This document shows, one piece after another, positions 54,768-64,000 of a DNA stretch of 64,000 nucleotides (position 1 is the first letter of the stretch; each line of letters begins with the position of its first letter). Source of the DNA: a virus; the IMG/VR virus record IMGVR_UViG_3300006802_000073, positions 64,001 to 128,000 of that record; one strand, given 5' to 3'. A model generated the notes under the pieces. It ran no database searches, was not told the origin of the DNA, and saw only the letters and a program-made list of their open reading frames with translations. A program made the translations under genes and the position numbers.

Positions 54768-55607
54768 CTAGGTTCCCCATTCATTTTTAAATAAAGGAAC
54801 TTGCAATCTATCTGAATATCTCCATCCTCGTTTCATTGCCATCTCTGCAACTTTACGATTATTTAGCGAATATACTTCCTCTGTTCCTCCAACGGGCATC
54901 AAATACACTGGACCCCCAAATCCTGCTTTAACATATTCACTTACAGCTTGTTCTACTTCTTCAAGACTTTCTTCTCTTGAGATAACAAACTTTAAATAAG
55001 TATAACCAATACTTTGATATTCTACAACAATATCAGGAATAACTGCTTCAGACCATTTTTCACCTGATTCAGATAATTTAGGTGAGACTGAAAATGTAAT
55101 ATTATCTGGAGTTGCCCAATTACAAAGATAATCGTATAGATCCTCATGTAAAGACTGTGTTCCATTTGTTTCAAAAGTCAATTCGGCAAGATCATACATC
55201 ATTTCATGTGATAAAAGATCTTTATATGCTCTTTGCCATCCAAGTAATGGTTCTCCGCCTGTAATTACCAGATGTTCCTCCCTCCACATACCATGTGGTA
55301 AGAGCCCCATAATGGTGTTAACAATAGTATCGATACTAAGAACAGGGCTAAGATGCTTAAAAGCAGGATCCCAAGAAGCATAACTATCACAGCCAGTACT
55401 AACAAGAGGAAGATCCCTATAAGTTGCGTAAGTCTTTCCATTAGCTGCGATTTTAAGTCGTTCTGCACTTAATTCTCCTTTGGGCATTCCAAATCCACCA
55501 CAACTAAAATTACATCCAAAAGTACGAAGAAAGATACTTGGTACTCCCATATATCTACCTTCACCTTGTATTGAATAGAATAATTCTGAAACTTTAATTT
55601 TACTCAT
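54768..55607 (-). CDS. queE: 7-carboxy-7-deazaguanine synthase (radical SAM)
   Basis: ELFYSIQGEG, FLRTFGCNFSC...CDS, ITGGEP, ETNG, SVSPK. Confidence 0.92.
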   Translation of the reverse strand: MSKIKVSELFYSIQGEGRYMGVPSIFLRTFGCNFSCGGFGMPKGELSAERLKIAANGKTYATYRDLPLVSTGCDSYASWDPAFKHLSPVLSIDTIVNTIMGLLPHGMWREEHLVITGGEPLLGWQRAYKDLLSHEMMYDLAELTFETNGTQSLHEDLYDYLCNWATPDNITFSVSPKLSESGEKWSEAVIPDIVVEYQSIGYTYLKFVISREESLEEVEQAVSEYVKAGFGGPVYLMPVGGTEEVYSLNNRKVAEMAMKRGWRYSDRLQVPLFKNEWGT

Positions 55608-55618
55608 AGAAGTTCATC

Positions 55619-56161
55619 TCACAGTTCGTCAAAATTTAAAGAAGTTTTTTTCACCTCAGGTACTTTTTGTTTTCTATCTACATTATGTTTCTTTTCTATA
55701 TCTAAATATTCCATTTGCTTTCTAATATTATCTAAAATTTGACTATCAAAATCACCAAAATCTTGTTCCTGAGTAATGATTTCTTCTAGATCAAAATTTT
55801 CCATCATCTTGTATTTAGTAACTTGTTGACGTTTTTCTTTTTGTATTCGTCTAACAAAAGCATAGAAAACTATTTGTGTAAAATATGCGAATGGGTTTTC
55901 AGATTTAGTTGGATCAAATTTTCTAACTGCAACTAAACAATTTTCTATGCCATCAGAAATCATATCATCTTTAAAAGTATAATTAATAAAGTTCATCTTA
56001 TAACTTAGATGAGTTGAGATCTTTATAAAGCATTCACCCAAATATTCTGTAACTATAGGAGTATCTTTGTTAGATTCTTCTGCTATTTTACATGTTTCTT
56101 TATAATCAATCAATGCTTGTAAAAACTTTTTATTATCTATATAATTTGCTTCTTTTTTCAT
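55619..56161 (-). CDS. gp55: late sigma factor
   Basis: NFINYTFKDDMISDGIENC, NPFAYFTQI, RIQKEK. Confidence 0.95.
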   Translation of the reverse strand: MKKEANYIDNKKFLQALIDYKETCKIAEESNKDTPIVTEYLGECFIKISTHLSYKMNFINYTFKDDMISDGIENCLVAVRKFDPTKSENPFAYFTQIVFYAFVRRIQKEKRQQVTKYKMMENFDLEEIITQEQDFGDFDSQILDNIRKQMEYLDIEKKHNVDRKQKVPEVKKTSLNFDEL

Positions 56162-56574
56162 CAATGTAACCATTTCTTAGTTTCTGTTATTTCTCTTTGT
56201 AACATCTCATCTATTTCATCAAAATCTTCATCATCTTCTTCAGAATTCATAAAATCTTCATTGGGTGTTGTCTTTAAATATTCCAAATATCTTTCTTTAA
56301 ACATATTTGAAAGCTCACCAATAAAAAGTATATTTTTATGTGGAATCTGTATAATATTTGCATCACAAAAAGGTATCCATTTTTGCATAATATAACGTTC
56401 CATAATAACACCATTAATTGGCATTTTGAATGAAACTACTTCTATGGGTTCTATTGCCTCTAAGAAAGGATAATCTGTTTTAGTTATTTTTTTTGATGCA
56501 CAAAGAAGATTTTCTCCATTAACAAGTTTAACAAAAAGGAATTCTATTTCTTCTGTATCTGTTTCGTTATTCAT
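56161..56574 (-). CDS. conserved hypothetical protein between uvsW and gp55
   Basis: VKLVNGENLLC...WIPF, acidic tail; synteny. Confidence 0.7.
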   Translation of the reverse strand: MNNETDTEEIEFLFVKLVNGENLLCASKKITKTDYPFLEAIEPIEVVSFKMPINGVIMERYIMQKWIPFCDANIIQIPHKNILFIGELSNMFKERYLEYLKTTPNEDFMNSEEDDEDFDEIDEMLQREITETKKWLH

Positions 56575-58060
56575 TTAATTTTACCTCTATTAACTTGTAA
56601 TTGAAAGATTCACTTGTATAGATTTTAACACGTTCAACCAAATGTTGTAATGTAAAATTTTTTCTTCTTTTCCAACTAAGATCATCACCTATATCATATA
56701 AATTACATTCGGTTTTTGTATCTGATATACGTAATCCTCTACCAATTGATTGTAAATTTCTTATACGAGATTTAGAGGGGCTAGCAAAAATAATATTATG
56801 AAGATTTTTAATATTTACTCCTGCCGAAAATGTACCATAAGATGCTACAATAATAGAATCAAGTTCTTTTTCAGTTATAGCTCTAATAGATTCACGTTGC
56901 TCAGCTTCTGTTCCACCATGTATAAAGAAAATTTTTCTACTCTCTTCACCTTTTTCTTTAATCATTTCATAAAGAACTTTTCCATGCTTCTCTACATATT
57001 GAAATAACACTAACGTATTACCTTTACGAGAAAGAGCTAAATTCTTTATAAAGGTATTTCTTTTTGAATTAGTTACTAAAAAATCTATTTCAGTTTGATA
57101 ATCCGCTTTAGATAATAGCTTTCTTGTATTATCATCATAACTTAATGTAATACAATAGATTCTTAACTCGGCTAACTGTTTATTTGTCATTAACTCTTTC
57201 GTAGTAGTAACTTTATAAACAGAACCAAAAAGACCTTCTAGTACTAATTTATGTGTTTGTGTACCATCTAATGTTCCTGTTGTTCCAATTTTATAAGGAG
57301 TTTTAATACATTTTGTAATTATACCTGATAGAGATTTTGCTTTATATTGATGGCATTCATCTCCATAAACACAATCAAACTGTTCAAAGAAACTTTTTGG
57401 TAATCTTTGTAAAGATTGCCATGTTGATATTGTTACATCATGATCTGCAGTTTTTTCCGATCCACCATAAATTTTATAACAGTATTCATCTGTATTCCAT
57501 TTATTTTCATATGAATAATCTTTGAAATCTGTAAACATCTGTTCCACTAATGATGTAGTGGGTACTATAACAAGTTGTTTTCTATTTCTAAGATGATGCC
57601 AACGAATTAAACTATATATTATAAGAGATTTCCCTGAACCTGTAGGTGATAATAATAATTTTCGTCCTTCTTTTATACCTTGATAAATAGCATCAAGTTG
57701 ATAATCTCTATAATCAATTCTTTTTTCATTAGATGTTGGTACAAGGGAATTACAAAATTCTTTTACTTCTTCATATGTTACAATATCTGCTATAGGTATA
57801 TATGCGGTTTGATCAAAACTATAGTCATTATTTTCAGCAAATTTTTGCAGATAATCTTTTAATCCGATATATAGTTCTCGTGTAAAAGGAGTAATGAGGC
57901 GAACTTTTCCATCCCACATTTTATTTCTATATAGTGGATGGAATTTTGCTCCAGGTACATCAAAAGTAAAATACTCTTGTAGTTCCTGTAAAATTGAAGG
58001 CGAAGCATCTACTTTTAGATGGACTTCATCCTTTTTATGTATCTTTATTATATCGGTCAT
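56567..58060 (-). CDS. uvsW: SF2 helicase UvsW
   Basis: WDGKVRL, SPTGSGKS, DECH, TTGT, LQSIGRGLR. Confidence 0.97.
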   Translation of the reverse strand: MTDIIKIHKKDEVHLKVDASPSILQELQEYFTFDVPGAKFHPLYRNKMWDGKVRLITPFTRELYIGLKDYLQKFAENNDYSFDQTAYIPIADIVTYEEVKEFCNSLVPTSNEKRIDYRDYQLDAIYQGIKEGRKLLLSPTGSGKSLIIYSLIRWHHLRNRKQLVIVPTTSLVEQMFTDFKDYSYENKWNTDEYCYKIYGGSEKTADHDVTISTWQSLQRLPKSFFEQFDCVYGDECHQYKAKSLSGIITKCIKTPYKIGTTGTLDGTQTHKLVLEGLFGSVYKVTTTKELMTNKQLAELRIYCITLSYDDNTRKLLSKADYQTEIDFLVTNSKRNTFIKNLALSRKGNTLVLFQYVEKHGKVLYEMIKEKGEESRKIFFIHGGTEAEQRESIRAITEKELDSIIVASYGTFSAGVNIKNLHNIIFASPSKSRIRNLQSIGRGLRISDTKTECNLYDIGDDLSWKRRKNFTLQHLVERVKIYTSESFNYKLIEVKLNE

Positions 58061-58500
58061 TAAAATGAACCATTAGTCCACTTAAGCCATTCTATATGGT
58101 TTTTAATATCCCATGTTCTTGAATTAAGTGATCTAATGATTTGCTCCAGATGATAGATGACAGTTTTAAAATATTCTACTTTATCTTGTAGCTCTACAAG
58201 ATCTTGATCATGGGAAAGAAACTCATCCATTTCATTTTTCAATGGTTTAGTTCCTTGCCATTGTTCCCATTCTTCAGAAAGTAATTCTGCCTGTGTCATC
58301 TCACCACGATAATATCTAAATTTCTTTCTTCGCATAAAAAAGTAATTTGATTCTGCTTTTCTTAAACTAAGTTTTGCAGAAGAAAGAAAATTTAAATATT
58401 TGGCATGTAATGTGGGAATCCTTGTTGCTTCTTTACCTAAATTTGTTTCATCAATCTTTGAGTCTTTTTCCCAAAGATTTTGAAGCTCTGTTAATTTCAT
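58060..58500 (-). CDS. uvsY: recombination mediator UvsY
   Basis: WEKDSKID, LHAKYL, YYRG, RTWDIKNHIEW. Confidence 0.92.
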   Translation of the reverse strand: MKLTELQNLWEKDSKIDETNLGKEATRIPTLHAKYLNFLSSAKLSLRKAESNYFFMRRKKFRYYRGEMTQAELLSEEWEQWQGTKPLKNEMDEFLSHDQDLVELQDKVEYFKTVIYHLEQIIRSLNSRTWDIKNHIEWLKWTNGSF

Positions 58501-58502
58501 AA

Positions 58503-59321
58503 TTAAGAAATTTTTGTTTTTTCAAAAATAACAAAAGGATTACCTCTAAAGGGAATTGTACCAAAATGATTCAATGAAACATTTGGATCAAGCCAAATGT
58601 CACCACCAAGTTTTTGCCATCGCCGGCAGAATGTATAATCCTCTGACAAATACCGCTTCGATTCTTCTTCGATAATAGTATCAAATAATGCATATGTATA
58701 TTTATCTAATTCTTTATCAACATTGATATCATTATTATATTGAAGTTCGGGATATGCTTCAGTCATTTTTTGTATAACTTCACGCTTAATCATCATAAAT
58801 CCAGTTCCCGCATCTTTTAAAGACATTAAGCCATTAGTAATGGCAACTGTTCTATCTTCTAAAGATGAGAAATTAAAATTGATAGCATATTCACTACCCG
58901 CACAAGCAAGAACATCATCAGTTACTTCTGGATCACGTAAAACACTTTCTTTTACTGCAGTCCAATTAATACCCTTTTTGGGATATGCTCCAACAGCAAC
59001 ATCTTTATCAGCTGCAAGTAAACGGATTACATCGTCTACCTTAAATTCAATATCAGCATCAATAAAAAATAAATGTGTACAATCAGATTTTAAAAAGAAA
59101 GCAGTTAATGTATTTCGTGCTCTAGGAACTAGACTTTCATTTGCAATAGTTCCAAACTGCAAAGGAATATTATGTTTATCACAAAAGAAAACTAAACGTA
59201 AAATACTTTTAAAATATGGTTCTGTTAATGCTCCACCATAACAAGGTGTGGCAATAAAAAGTTTATTTTTTTGTAATTCTGCTACAGAGATTGATTTTTG
59301 TTCAACACGAGTTTCAGACAT
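58503..59321 (-). CDS. GT-A-fold putative glycosyltransferase
   Basis: IATPCYGG, ESLVPRARN, FFIDADI, YLSEDYTFC. Confidence 0.7.
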   Translation of the reverse strand: MSETRVEQKSISVAELQKNKLFIATPCYGGALTEPYFKSILRLVFFCDKHNIPLQFGTIANESLVPRARNTLTAFFLKSDCTHLFFIDADIEFKVDDVIRLLAADKDVAVGAYPKKGINWTAVKESVLRDPEVTDDVLACAGSEYAINFNFSSLEDRTVAITNGLMSLKDAGTGFMMIKREVIQKMTEAYPELQYNNDINVDKELDKYTYALFDTIIEEESKRYLSEDYTFCRRWQKLGGDIWLDPNVSLNHFGTIPFRGNPFVIFEKTKIS

Positions 59322-59338
59322 AATTTACCTCAATATTA

Positions 59339-59923
59339 TTAAAGTGGTTCTACCTCAAACATTCTAAATTTAAAAGATGCTCTACAAGTAAAATATTGTA
59401 TATTGGTTACTGTAGTATCGAAAGTTAAAGGACTTAAATCCACAGGAAAAGCATCCGTGAATTTTATATTTATATTTGCATTATACGATGAATTAAGAAT
59501 TACTAAAGTAGCATCACTATATTTTACATGATCATTATCTTTTTTGTCAATAGAAGAAGGCGTTATTCTATTTTTTCTGTTTTCTATAAACTCTTGTATC
59601 TTAGAGTAATCTTTAAAATCACCTAAAGCAGTCATCCAATTATATAACTCTATATAATTACTCATATCTTCTGATACAATAAAGTTTATATCAAGATCAC
59701 CAAAAGAAACTTTTTCACCTACTATCGGATAGTCTATAAAAGGGGTTGAATGTACTCCTGAACCCAATCCAATAGAAGGAAGAGTAACAGATTGGCATGT
59801 ATAAGAAACTTGGGGATAATTTTCTAAGACAAATCTAAATCCATTGGGTTTTAAGAAATCATATGTAGATGGTCTATTATCTAAATATGATGTTGAAGCA
59901 ACGAAAGAGTTTCCTGTATACAT
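59339..59923 (-). CDS. gp3: tail completion/sheath stabilizer
   Basis: FLKPNGFRF, FIVSEDMSNYIELYNW, YSDATL, DAFP. Confidence 0.9.
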   Translation of the reverse strand: MYTGNSFVASTSYLDNRPSTYDFLKPNGFRFVLENYPQVSYTCQSVTLPSIGLGSGVHSTPFIDYPIVGEKVSFGDLDINFIVSEDMSNYIELYNWMTALGDFKDYSKIQEFIENRKNRITPSSIDKKDNDHVKYSDATLVILNSSYNANINIKFTDAFPVDLSPLTFDTTVTNIQYFTCRASFKFRMFEVEPL

Positions 59924-59925
59924 TT

Positions 59926-61329
59926 TTAATCTCTATTTACAATAAGAAGAAATTTAGCATTTCCTGCATCATGGACTTTATAATATTTATTCGCCTCCAT
60001 AATTTGTTTCTCTGTTTTATTTATATCATAATGTGGCATGTTTGTTAGTTTATGTTTTTGAAACTTTACTCGAGAATACATTTTACCGCTTTTACACCAA
60101 TAGTAATTGGGTTCGGTAATGGAAATGAACTTAAAGCCATTTTTCATATATTGATTCTGTTCATGATCTGACCAAAATAAATCTGCAAATGTTTCTATAG
60201 AGATTAGATTCAAAGTTTCAATTGCATATTTAAGTAATCTAGTAAATCCTCCTACCACATGAATCGAGGAGGCATATCTTTCAATTTTATTCTTTTGTAT
60301 TGATATTGCAGCTACTATAGTATTATTATATCTTAAAACAAAATTATTTTTACAAGGTTTATAACCTTGAATATGATTTTCATTATAGAAAGTTCTTAAG
60401 TCTCCACTTCTTATAGACTGAATAGAACATTTTCTTGCAAAAATCTTTTCCGTTCTAGCACCCAAAATATGACAAAGTTTCTTTTTTATTAGATCCTTCT
60501 TTTCATTCCAATCTACATCCCAAAACTGTATTAACCGAATACCATCTTCTCGGCACATTATATATTTGTCGAAATGATACGATCTAGTATATCTTGAATG
60601 CCAATATACTCCATTAAATTCTATACCAATCTTTAACTCCGGAATGAAGATATCAATTTCATATCTTTTTGTTTTATGTTTTTTTACAGTAAATCCTAAT
60701 GTTTTTATATAATCTGTTACCTCTTGCTCACCTGTAGAAGTAAATGATGGGGAAACATATAAACCATAAGAATGTATCTTTTGCAAAACCAAAGATGGCG
60801 AAACATTAATTGATTGTGCTATTTTTTCTGCAGACCAACCCTCTTTTAGTTTTTTCTTTAAACTTTCTTCAGTTAGATATAAATCATGTGTTTCTTGTGG
60901 AACTTGATCAAACTTTGTAGATATACCATATAATATACACAGGAAGTTTAAATTATTATACGATATATTTGAATTCTTAGCCAATTCTTTTAGTGGCTTA
61001 TTACTATTTTTATGTTGTAGTATTTCTTCCTTAGACGGCGCTGTAGTATACTTTTGATAAAATTTGATGAGCTCTTTCTCAATAAATTTATCTCTACCTA
61101 TGACTGCTTCAAATTCTCCACCCGTTATAATACTTCTAACTATAGAATAATGATTACTGTTATACTTTTTGGCAGCATGTGTTAAAGGCAATACTTCTCC
61201 ATTAACTCGAACAAATTTAGTTTGTGTTTCTTCATTTCTTTTTAACAGATCAGATTTGTAACAATCAAAGTTACAATATTTGGAATTAGAACTCGGTATA
61301 GGATTACTGCAAGTAATACATGTATTCAT
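59926..61329 (-). mobile_element. free-standing homing endonuclease (Hef/Vsr-like)
   Basis: Zn-finger N-terminus, HTH repeats, EIDIFIPELKIGIEFNGVYWHS, FARKC, NHIQG, VVGGFTRL, DAGN. Confidence 0.8.
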
Positions 61330-61358
61330 TATATTTAAATTAGATTTAAGATATATGT

Positions 61359-61387
61359 ATTATATATTACAAACAAAACTTTGTAAA
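61359..61387 (-). promoter_or_regulatory. sigma70-type promoter of homing endonuclease
   Basis: TTTACA-N17-TATAAT. Confidence 0.6.
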
Positions 61388-61395
61388 TATATACC

Positions 61396-61425
61396 AAAAA
61401 AATAGGGACCCGAAGGTCCCTATTT
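61396..61425 (-). terminator. intrinsic terminator after gp23
   Basis: ATAGGGACC-TTCG-GGTCCCTAT followed by a T-run. Confidence 0.92.
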
Positions 61426-61447
61426 CTCTCGAACAGGATACTACAAA

Positions 61448-62749
61448 TTACATAATATTTAGAACTGCGGTTCTTCTGTAGTATTGATTGCGATTAGCTG
61501 TGAATGTTGATCCATCAGCATCACTTAAGCTAGAAGAACTTGTAACGTATGGGTTTGCAATCATCCCATAACGTGTCTTGAAACCAACCTTAGGTTGGAA
61601 AGTATTAGGATCGACAGCACGAACCATTTGTAGAGGAACATATGGGCAGTAGAAAAGACCTGCGTCATATGGGCTTGTGCCTTTGTATCCTACGACATAG
61701 AACTGATACTGAGCGCCTAGATTTGCAGAATAAGGATCGATATAAACGCGGAAGCGACCATTTAGAACGCCTGCAAAGGTATTGCTAGTATCATCGACAT
61801 TTAGGCTAGTTGATAATGCGGGGGCATAATCAAGAACACCAGCCATTGCTAGAGCTGAAGCAACGTCTGCTGAGCAAACGATGAAGTTACCTTTTCCTCT
61901 ACGTGTATCTTGTGCAATGTGATTAGCATCGCGTTCGATATTGAATAGAAGACCCTTGAAACGCTCTACTGACCAACGACCATTGGAGTCGATATCTAGG
62001 TCAAAAGTACCGGGTGTTGCTGTTGCTTGAGAACCTGTCTTAGCAACTTTATAAATGGTACGAATAACTTCACGATTAATTTCAAACATAATTTCTTGTG
62101 AAAGAATATTTGAAAGTTCTGACTCGGCATCAAGACCATGAACTGCCTTAAGATCTTGAGCGAGTTCGATGGTGTATTCTGCCTTTAGAGCACGTGACTT
62201 AGCGGTAACTGTTGTCTTATCGATTGCAAAAGACATTTCGCCAAAGTCATAACCGGTTGAACCTAGTTGTTCTGCCCATGCTGTAACGTTAGCTGTACCT
62301 GTGGTATAAGTACCATTTACTGGATTTGAACCAGCATGTACAGGAGAAGCTGCACCTGAGAAATCGGTATCAGCTTCATTAAATAGTGCTTCTATACGGG
62401 TTGAGGTGTTTGCACGCTCTGTACCGTAAATAGAACGCATTGCAAAGATAAGACCTGTTGGGCCTGTCATTGGTTGAACGCCACAAACATCATATGCCAT
62501 TAGATTAGGCATAGCGCGACGAACGAGACCAATAAGAATTGGATCGTACTTATCGATGCCGCTTGTTGCAGCGATGTTATTAGCTGGGGCGGTTTCAAAA
62601 AGTGCAGCTCTTTCTTCTCTTAGAGCCTTTTCTTGGTTCTCGAGTAGAACGGAGGTAACTGCACGCTTATAAGTATCCTTAATTTCAGGAAGATCGGGGT
62701 GCTCTAGAATAGCTCCCCATTTTTGTTGTAGTCCTTCTGTCATTAACAT
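61448..62749 (-). CDS. gp23: major capsid protein
   Basis: VRRAMPNL, GVQPMTGPTGLIFAMR, AKSRALKAEYTIELAQDLKAVHGLDAE, FQPKVGFKTRYG. Confidence 0.98.
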   Translation of the reverse strand: MLMTEGLQQKWGAILEHPDLPEIKDTYKRAVTSVLLENQEKALREERAALFETAPANNIAATSGIDKYDPILIGLVRRAMPNLMAYDVCGVQPMTGPTGLIFAMRSIYGTERANTSTRIEALFNEADTDFSGAASPVHAGSNPVNGTYTTGTANVTAWAEQLGSTGYDFGEMSFAIDKTTVTAKSRALKAEYTIELAQDLKAVHGLDAESELSNILSQEIMFEINREVIRTIYKVAKTGSQATATPGTFDLDIDSNGRWSVERFKGLLFNIERDANHIAQDTRRGKGNFIVCSADVASALAMAGVLDYAPALSTSLNVDDTSNTFAGVLNGRFRVYIDPYSANLGAQYQFYVVGYKGTSPYDAGLFYCPYVPLQMVRAVDPNTFQPKVGFKTRYGMIANPYVTSSSSLSDADGSTFTANRNQYYRRTAVLNIM

Positions 62750-62788
62750 CTTTTTGTTACTCCTTAATGGAAAAATAAATTGTTTAAT

Positions 62789-62796
62789 TATTTATA
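62789..62796 (-). promoter_or_regulatory. T4-type late promoter
   Basis: TATAAATA upstream of gp23. Confidence 0.85.
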
Positions 62797-62798
62797 AA

Positions 62799-63896
62799 TT
62801 ATCGTGCCTTAACAGCTCTTGATAAAGCCTGAGCATAGCGTGCAATTGTATCATTTGATGTATCGAGTGGTGCTTCTTCACTTAGAATTTGTTCTTCGGG
62901 AGAAGCTGTTTGAATCTTGGGGAAATAGTTTTCCTTAACGACTTTAACCTTCTCTCTAAACAATTCATCTGACTCATAGCTAATACCTTCAAGAAGTTTT
63001 GAAAGTTTTTCTGTTTCTGTATCAGCTAAATCGCCAGACATTTCACTAAGAATCTTATCTTTCTTAAGTTCTGATGATTCTTTTACTAGCTCAATATTTT
63101 TTTCTACTATAGTATTTAATTGTTCTTCAAGTGATGCAACTTTATCATTTAACTGCTCTAACACATTGTATTTCTCTTCTGGTACTTCGATATAATGCTC
63201 TTGGAAGAGATTCTTTAGACCGCCAATAAAATCTTCGGCGATTTCAGTTCTTAATCCATTCTCAACTGCTAGCTCATTTTCTTGCATCCATTGTTCGACG
63301 ACATAGTTGAGGAATGAATCAATTTTTTCAACAAGTGCTTCTTTAAGCTCTGTTACTTCAGCTTCTTTTTGCTCTTGTAGTTGTTCACTAATTTTTTCCA
63401 TTTCAGAGTTTACGCGAGCGATTACTGCTGCTTCAAAAATTGATGTTGCTTTATTACGAAAATCTTCAGATAAATCTTCACCAAAAATTGCATTAAGTTC
63501 TGATTTAACATCTACTGATGGCTGTTCAGAAATTTGGTCTTCTTCTGTTTCTGTTTCTTCTTTAGCAACATTTCCAGAAGATGCTTGCATATTGACTACA
63601 GATGTTGCATCTGCGACTGTTGTATAGTTAGGAGCTTGTCCAGCACCTTGAGCTTGTAAATTATTAGGTTTAATAGAAGCAGCTGCCTTGGCACCTTGGT
63701 TCTCTTCATCTTCTTCTCTTTCATCATAAGAAGCTTCTTGTGATGAACCTTGTTTAGGCATGCTTGTATCACCCGCAACAGCAGTTTTTACAGATGTATC
63801 TTTCTTTACAGAAGCTGCTCCCATTTCCTCAGCCTCATCAATTTGTTGAGCACCTGAACGTGCTAACAAATCTTTAATTTTCTGTTCAACAGACAT
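62799..63896 (-). CDS. gp22: prohead scaffolding protein
   Basis: LSEDFRNKATSIFEAAV, YVVEQWMQEN, LFQEHYIEVPEEK. Confidence 0.95.
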   Translation of the reverse strand: MSVEQKIKDLLARSGAQQIDEAEEMGAASVKKDTSVKTAVAGDTSMPKQGSSQEASYDEREEDEENQGAKAAASIKPNNLQAQGAGQAPNYTTVADATSVVNMQASSGNVAKEETETEEDQISEQPSVDVKSELNAIFGEDLSEDFRNKATSIFEAAVIARVNSEMEKISEQLQEQKEAEVTELKEALVEKIDSFLNYVVEQWMQENELAVENGLRTEIAEDFIGGLKNLFQEHYIEVPEEKYNVLEQLNDKVASLEEQLNTIVEKNIELVKESSELKKDKILSEMSGDLADTETEKLSKLLEGISYESDELFREKVKVVKENYFPKIQTASPEEQILSEEAPLDTSNDTIARYAQALSRAVKAR

Positions 63897-63926
63897 AGAA
63901 ATTCTCCTAATTGAATTGACAAATAT

Positions 63927-63934
63927 TATTTATA
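63927..63934 (-). promoter_or_regulatory. T4-type late promoter
   Basis: TATAAATA upstream of gp22. Confidence 0.85.
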
Positions 63935-63938
63935 AAAA

Positions 63939-64000
63939 TTAATTTTTAGAGATTAAAGTAATAAATTTACTGAATAATTGTAATTTCTTTTCTTCAGTTA
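63939..64000 (-). CDS. gp21: 3' end of probable prohead protease
   Basis: ...TEEKKLQLFSKFITLISKN*; position upstream of gp22. Confidence 0.6.
   Translation of the reverse strand, partial: TEEKKLQLFSKFITLISKN

Noticed and set aside
478-63778. Most plus-strand ORFs and nested alternative-frame minus-strand ORFs in the track
   Set aside because: They are shadows of well-supported genes, with no motifs or expression signals.

Overview
A 64-kb AT-rich segment of a large T4-like (T4-superfamily) myophage genome, with almost every gene on the minus strand. Read in transcription order (right to left) it carries: head genes (3' end of gp21, gp22, gp23); a free-standing homing endonuclease; gp3, uvsY, uvsW and gp55; a 7-deazaguanine DNA-modification cluster (queE, PRTase, exonuclease, folE, TGT/DpdA-like, QueD-like, glycosyltransferase, queD; no queC in the window); gp47 and gp46; an AAA/vWA (CobS/CobT-like) pair; a ~15-kb nucleotide-sugar/glycosyltransferase island; gp45, gp44, gp62, regA and hsp20; a tRNA region; a hypervariable block of small early ORFs; and gp43, uvsX and gp41. 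Fifteen sigma70-type early promoters and several T4 late promoters (TATAAATA) are readable. Four features stand out. (1) An Sm/LSm-fold gene is translationally coupled to an unannotated 41-aa Ser-X (RS-like) microprotein encoded by 16 TCT-NNG hexamers. (2) An array of paralogous mini-genes is built from constant and variable blocks, and the constant 3' block is also a portable RBS plus start codon; nearby is an exact 69-bp duplication that created a chimeric gene. (3) A ~260-nt GC-rich, highly paired candidate ncRNA lies inside the tRNA cluster. (4) A tRNA-Ile(UAU) carries a 20-nt extra arm. All functional calls come from motif recognition by eye; no searches were run.
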